Origin: Carcharhinus longimanus
Taxonomy: Eukaryota
Length of the DNA: 64,000 nucleotides
Direction: 5' to 3'
NCBI GenBank assembly: GCA_030264375.1
Contig: JASCQW010000112.1
Coordinates: forward strand, 15,538,953-15,602,952
The notes under the pieces: model-generated
Databases searched by the model: none
The model's input: the letters and a program-made list of their open reading frames with translations, nothing else
What the model was told of the DNA's origin: nothing
Translations under genes and position numbers: made by a program
Shown: positions 62,201 to 64,000 of the stretch, piece after piece
How the letters are laid out: each line of letters opens with the position of its first letter
Numbering within the stretch: position 1 is the first letter of the stretch

Positions 62201-63862
62201 CCAGTATATATGGTTGATTTCATTAATAAACTCCAGGTCAAAATGCTCTTGCATTTTTTTTCAGAATTTACTTTATTATTTGGTCTCAGGGTCTGGGAAA
62301 TACCTAATCCCAGTTGCCCCATAAATGTAAGATTCCTTGTCATCAGTGGAAGGTTTGTAAGGATCATTTTCAACAACATATGAAATATTACATAGCAGGG
62401 ATAATTTTGATTGTGTGTAATAGTGCAACAGGAAAGGTACTGGATCAACTATTTTCACCAAAGTCACTGATAATGAAAATTGGGGCAGGTTACAGAGGGA
62501 CATAGATAAGCTGCAGAGCTGGGCTGACAGGTGGCAAATGGAGTTTAATGCAGAAAAGTGTGAAGTGATTCACTTTGGAAGGAGTAACATGAATACAGAT
62601 TACTGGGCTAATGGTAAGTTACTTAGTAGTGTGGTTGAGCAGAGAGATCTTGGTGTCCATGTGCTTGGATCCCTGAAATTTGACACCCAGGTTGATAGGG
62701 TTGTTAAGAAGGCGTACAGTGTGTTAGCTTTTATTGGTAGAGGGATTGAGTTTTGGTGCCATGAGGTCATGTTGCAGCTGTACTAAACTCTGGTGCAGCT
62801 GCACTTGGAGTATTGTGTACAATTCTGGTTGCTGCATTATAGGAAGGATGTGGAAGCATTGGAAAGAATGCAGAGGAGATTTATCAGGATGTTGCCTGGT
62901 ATGGTGGGAAGGTCTCATGAGGGAATGCTGAGGAACTTGAGGTTGTTTTCGTTAGAGAGACGAAGGTTAAGAGGTGACTTCATAGAGGCATATAAGATGA
63001 TCAGAGGATTAGATAGGGTGGACAGTATGAACCTTTTTCCTCGGATGGAGATGGCTAGTATGAGGGGACATAGCTTTAAATTGAGGGGTGATAGGTATAG
63101 GACAGATGTCAGAGGTAGGTTCTTTACTCAGAGAGTAGTAAGGGCATAGAATTCCCTGCCTGCAACAGCAGTGGACTCGCCAACATTAAGGGCATCTAAA
63201 TGGTCATTGGAAAACATATGGATGACATTGGAATAGTGTAGGTTAGATGGGCTTTAGATTGGTTTCATGGGTCGGCGCAACATCAAGGGCCGAAGGGCCT
63301 GTGCTGCACTGTAATGTTCTACATTCGATGTTGAAGAGAGGGAGTTCTTCTTCGCACTTAAGTACAACATATGTTGCAAACTTAAAGAAAGGATGCCAAA
63401 ATACAAGCTGCATTTGTAATATAAAGTAATTTAGATGGGGCAGGAGTAGGTCTGTGATTATTAGTTCGTTTCAACCAAAAAGTACTTACATCAGCAAGAT
63501 TGGGCCTTTCAAGTAAACTAACCTAATTTTACGACCAGCAAGAAGATTTGATTAATAGCTTATGCATCACGGACAGAAATGCTTTACTTTTGTCACAGCT
63601 ACTTATGTACATCCAACTCAATGGCCCAGCAAAACCAACAGCCACACAACTAAAGAAAATGATTTCATTGCGTAATCACTGGGTGTTAATGCATTCGCTG
63701 GGGTCAAATACGACTCCTTGAATTTACACTACATTAAAGCTTACCAGAACTTCAAACAGAATTGCTGCACTTACCTCTTTCCCCCTTTATCATATAATCC
63801 TGACCCCCAATACTTAGGCACACCAAGATAATTCAACTTGCGGGACGCTATCCAGCTCTGAA
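23100..63862 (-). CDS. VRK1: VRK1 serine/threonine kinase, 5'-partial gene span (9 coding exons in window, 992 nt of CDS including stop)
   Basis: Manually spliced minus-strand exons give one continuous frame: [21 protein letters not shown]...[15 protein letters not shown]...[15 protein letters not shown]...[37 protein letters not shown]...[29 protein letters not shown]. These are VRK1-type motifs (HGDIKASN catalytic loop, DYG, CHDGT). All introns are GT-AG with consistent phases. Confidence 0.97.
23565..24158. mobile_element. Non-autonomous DNA transposon-like element in the last VRK1 intron
   Basis: TIRs ggcccagattttgag / ctcaaaatccagccc. Confidence 0.55.
24288..24314 (-). other. Candidate 27-nt cassette exon in the last VRK1 intron (in-frame TGA)
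   Basis: tatttttatgttctgcag|AATGACAAACTGTCATCAAGAGCCTAG|gtaagg; strong splice sites; symmetric phase 1. Confidence 0.4.
25015..25510 (-). mobile_element. CR1 LINE 3' fragment (old)
   Basis: ggccatccggccc tail reverse followed by degenerate RT C-terminal sequence. Confidence 0.7.
26438..26528 (-). CDS. VRK1: VRK1 exon (equivalent to exon 12, basic/acidic tail), 91 nt
   Basis: ctttttttaaag acceptor, gtaaga donor; phase 0 to phase 1; encodes [30 protein letters not shown]. Confidence 0.85.
27400..28220 (+). mobile_element. CR1 fragment with a nested inverted CR1 fragment (about 27810-28065)
   Basis: [13 protein letters not shown] peptide; nested piece starts atagaaacagaagtaggccattcagcccctcaagcctgc; host resumes at gaccagagg. 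Confidence 0.75.
28300..28870 (-). mobile_element. L2-like LINE 3' fragment
   Basis: [20 protein letters not shown] in ORF 28638..28892. Confidence 0.7.
30200..30880 (+). mobile_element. Highly degenerate L2-like fragment
   Basis: Degenerate RT-like segments and an L2-type tail (aaaggcattat..aagttgttg). Confidence 0.45.
34295..34460 (+). mobile_element. SacSINE1/DeuSINE-like fragment
   Basis: ggctcaattggcagca..agtcagaaggttg..ttcaag head plus ccctcaa..catc..aaacag..tctggtcatt. Confidence 0.55.
34510..34980 (+). mobile_element. Degenerate L2-like fragment
   Basis: ctactccagtgctttctggttggcct (DYSNALL.GLP-like). Confidence 0.5.
36200..36384 (+). mobile_element. HE1-type SINE (runs into a gap)
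   Basis: Head and core present. Confidence 0.88.
37502..37645. mobile_element. Miniature Penelope-derived insertion with inverted ends and a hammerhead-like motif
   Basis: Inverted ends; cac-CTGATGG-..-GAAA-gctc-gtg; flanking direct repeat cacacactgg. Confidence 0.75.
37899..38077 (-). CDS. VRK1: VRK1 exon (equivalent to exon 11), 179 nt
   Basis: tttaatgcag acceptor, gtacaa donor; encodes [59 protein letters not shown]. Confidence 0.94.
38205..38490 (-). mobile_element. CR1 3' fragment
   Basis: catacgaacatacaaactaggaacaggagtaggccattc. Confidence 0.8.
39036..39327 (+). mobile_element. HE1-type SINE
   Basis: gggcagcacggtggcac head, core and tail. Confidence 0.9.
40225..40630 (-). mobile_element. 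CR1 3' fragment
   Basis: cataaggactaggagcaggag..gcctgctctgccattcaataagatcatggctgatc. Confidence 0.85.
41122..41180 (-). CDS. VRK1: VRK1 exon (equivalent to exon 10), 59 nt
   Basis: tatactag acceptor, gtgaga donor; encodes [19 protein letters not shown]. Confidence 0.94.
42115..42330 (+). mobile_element. SacSINE1/DeuSINE-like copy
   Basis: ggctcagtt head, cagtactgag, aggtgga..aaa..gagttctcc..ggtgt..ggccaata. Confidence 0.55.
42477..42597 (-). CDS. VRK1: VRK1 exon (equivalent to exon 9), 121 nt
   Basis: ccttcag acceptor, gtaaga donor; encodes [39 protein letters not shown]. Confidence 0.96.
43130..43325 (-). mobile_element. Rex1/Babar-like LINE 3' end
   Basis: Reverse copy of 10890-11004 plus terminal ..gtgacaaatcaaataaaa. 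Confidence 0.65.
46695..47060 (-). mobile_element. CR1 3' fragment
   Basis: [21 protein letters not shown] peptide (ORF 46694..46885). Confidence 0.82.
47240..48800 (+). mobile_element. Degenerate CR1 ORF2 (endonuclease to RT N-terminus)
   Basis: DDFNL, ILDLV, SDHN endonuclease motifs; [28 protein letters not shown]. Confidence 0.88.
48850..49275 (-). mobile_element. CR1 3' fragment
   Basis: Reverse RT C-terminal sequence (ggagaccaaaa..tattccag). Confidence 0.7.
49297..49365 (-). mobile_element. HE1-type SINE head only
   Basis: cccgaggccagaatcaaacccagg..gctgtgaggcagcagtgttaaccactg. Confidence 0.8.
49921..50053 (-). CDS. VRK1: VRK1 exon (equivalent to exon 8, DYG motif and activation segment), 133 nt
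   Basis: ctcttag acceptor, gtatat donor; encodes [44 protein letters not shown]. Confidence 0.97.
50941..51477 (-). mobile_element. HE1-type SINE interrupted by a nested CR1 insertion
   Basis: SINE sequence stops at cccacgcag (51140) and resumes at atacggggaga (51380). Confidence 0.88.
51141..51379 (+). mobile_element. Young CR1 LINE (ORF1 piece, 100-N gap, 3' tail)
   Basis: [15 protein letters not shown], a CR1 ORF1-type motif; tail gccgaagggcctgttctgcgctgtaa(tgttcta)3. Confidence 0.75.
52422..52514 (-). CDS. VRK1: VRK1 exon (equivalent to exon 7, catalytic loop), 93 nt
   Basis: ttttgatag acceptor, weak gttctt donor; encodes [31 protein letters not shown]. Confidence 0.96.
55311..55419 (-). 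CDS. VRK1: VRK1 exon (equivalent to exon 6), 109 nt
   Basis: ttcag acceptor, gtgagt donor; encodes [36 protein letters not shown] (part of ORF 55212..55409). Confidence 0.96.
55609..55987 (+). mobile_element. CR1 3' fragment (with gap)
   Basis: [30 protein letters not shown] peptide and tail. Confidence 0.92.
57200..57470 (-). mobile_element. L2-like tail fragment
   Basis: FLKTYLFDQ peptide in ORF 57300..57494. Confidence 0.55.
57640..57735 (+). mobile_element. CR1 RT fragment (runs into a gap)
   Basis: [22 protein letters not shown]. Confidence 0.85.
58426..58596. mobile_element. Miniature Penelope-derived insertion with an 11-bp TSD and a hammerhead motif, nested in the Gypsy element
   Basis: TSD gtactgacagc / gtactgatagc; minus strand cgc-CTGATGA-aggagcagcgctct-GAAA-gctt-gtg. 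Confidence 0.82.
60227..60372 (-). mobile_element. CR1 tail nested in the Gypsy element
   Basis: cataagacacaggagcagaattaggccac. Confidence 0.82.
62487..63331 (+). mobile_element. CR1/HER1-type LINE, 5' truncated, relatively young
   Basis: ORFs 62538..62786 and 62793..63149 share a frame split by one stop ([32 protein letters not shown]); typical tail. Confidence 0.95.
63775..63862 (-). CDS. VRK1: VRK1 exon (equivalent to human exon 5), 88 nt
   Basis: ttctgcag acceptor, gtaagt donor; encodes [28 protein letters not shown]. Confidence 0.96.
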
Positions 63863-64000
63863 CTGCAGAAAGGATATTATAAACACAAAACATTAGGGAA
63901 AAATAATTTGCATCACACACATCATTCAAATTTTATAATCCATGAAGCAACATTAATCATATTTTCAATAACTTTAAACATGACCCAGGGAGCAATGCTT

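Overview
Vertebrate nuclear DNA, almost certainly from a shark. The evidence is abundant HE1-type V-SINEs, CR1/HER1 LINEs, SacSINE1-like DeuSINEs and shark-type Penelope ends; the species cannot be fixed from sequence alone. The only protein-coding gene I can support is the 3' part of VRK1 (vaccinia-related kinase 1) on the minus strand. It has nine GT-AG coding exons between 63862 and 23100, and their sizes (88, 109, 93, 133, 121, 59, 179, 91 nt, then a terminal exon) match my recollection of human VRK1 exons 5-12. The 5' exons lie beyond the window end. About 22 kb of 3' flank (1-22400) has no recognisable coding gene. The rest is mostly transposon debris: SINEs, CR1/L2/Rex1-like LINE fragments, a decayed Gypsy provirus, solo LTRs, MITEs and Penelope remnants. 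Many N-gaps fall inside young repeats, and nearly all ORFs in the supplied track are spurious. Most interesting: (1) tiny TSD-flanked Penelope-derived insertions carrying minimal hammerhead-ribozyme motifs inside VRK1 introns; (2) a candidate 27-nt stop-containing cassette exon that would remove a VRK1 tail bearing an LC8-type TQT motif; (3) an orphan NRF1/GC-box/ETS promoter-like island with a splice donor downstream of VRK1; (4) a probably long CR1 insertion hidden in a 100-N gap; (5) unexplained local direct duplications. I found nothing I can honestly call a new biological system; these are testable leads.
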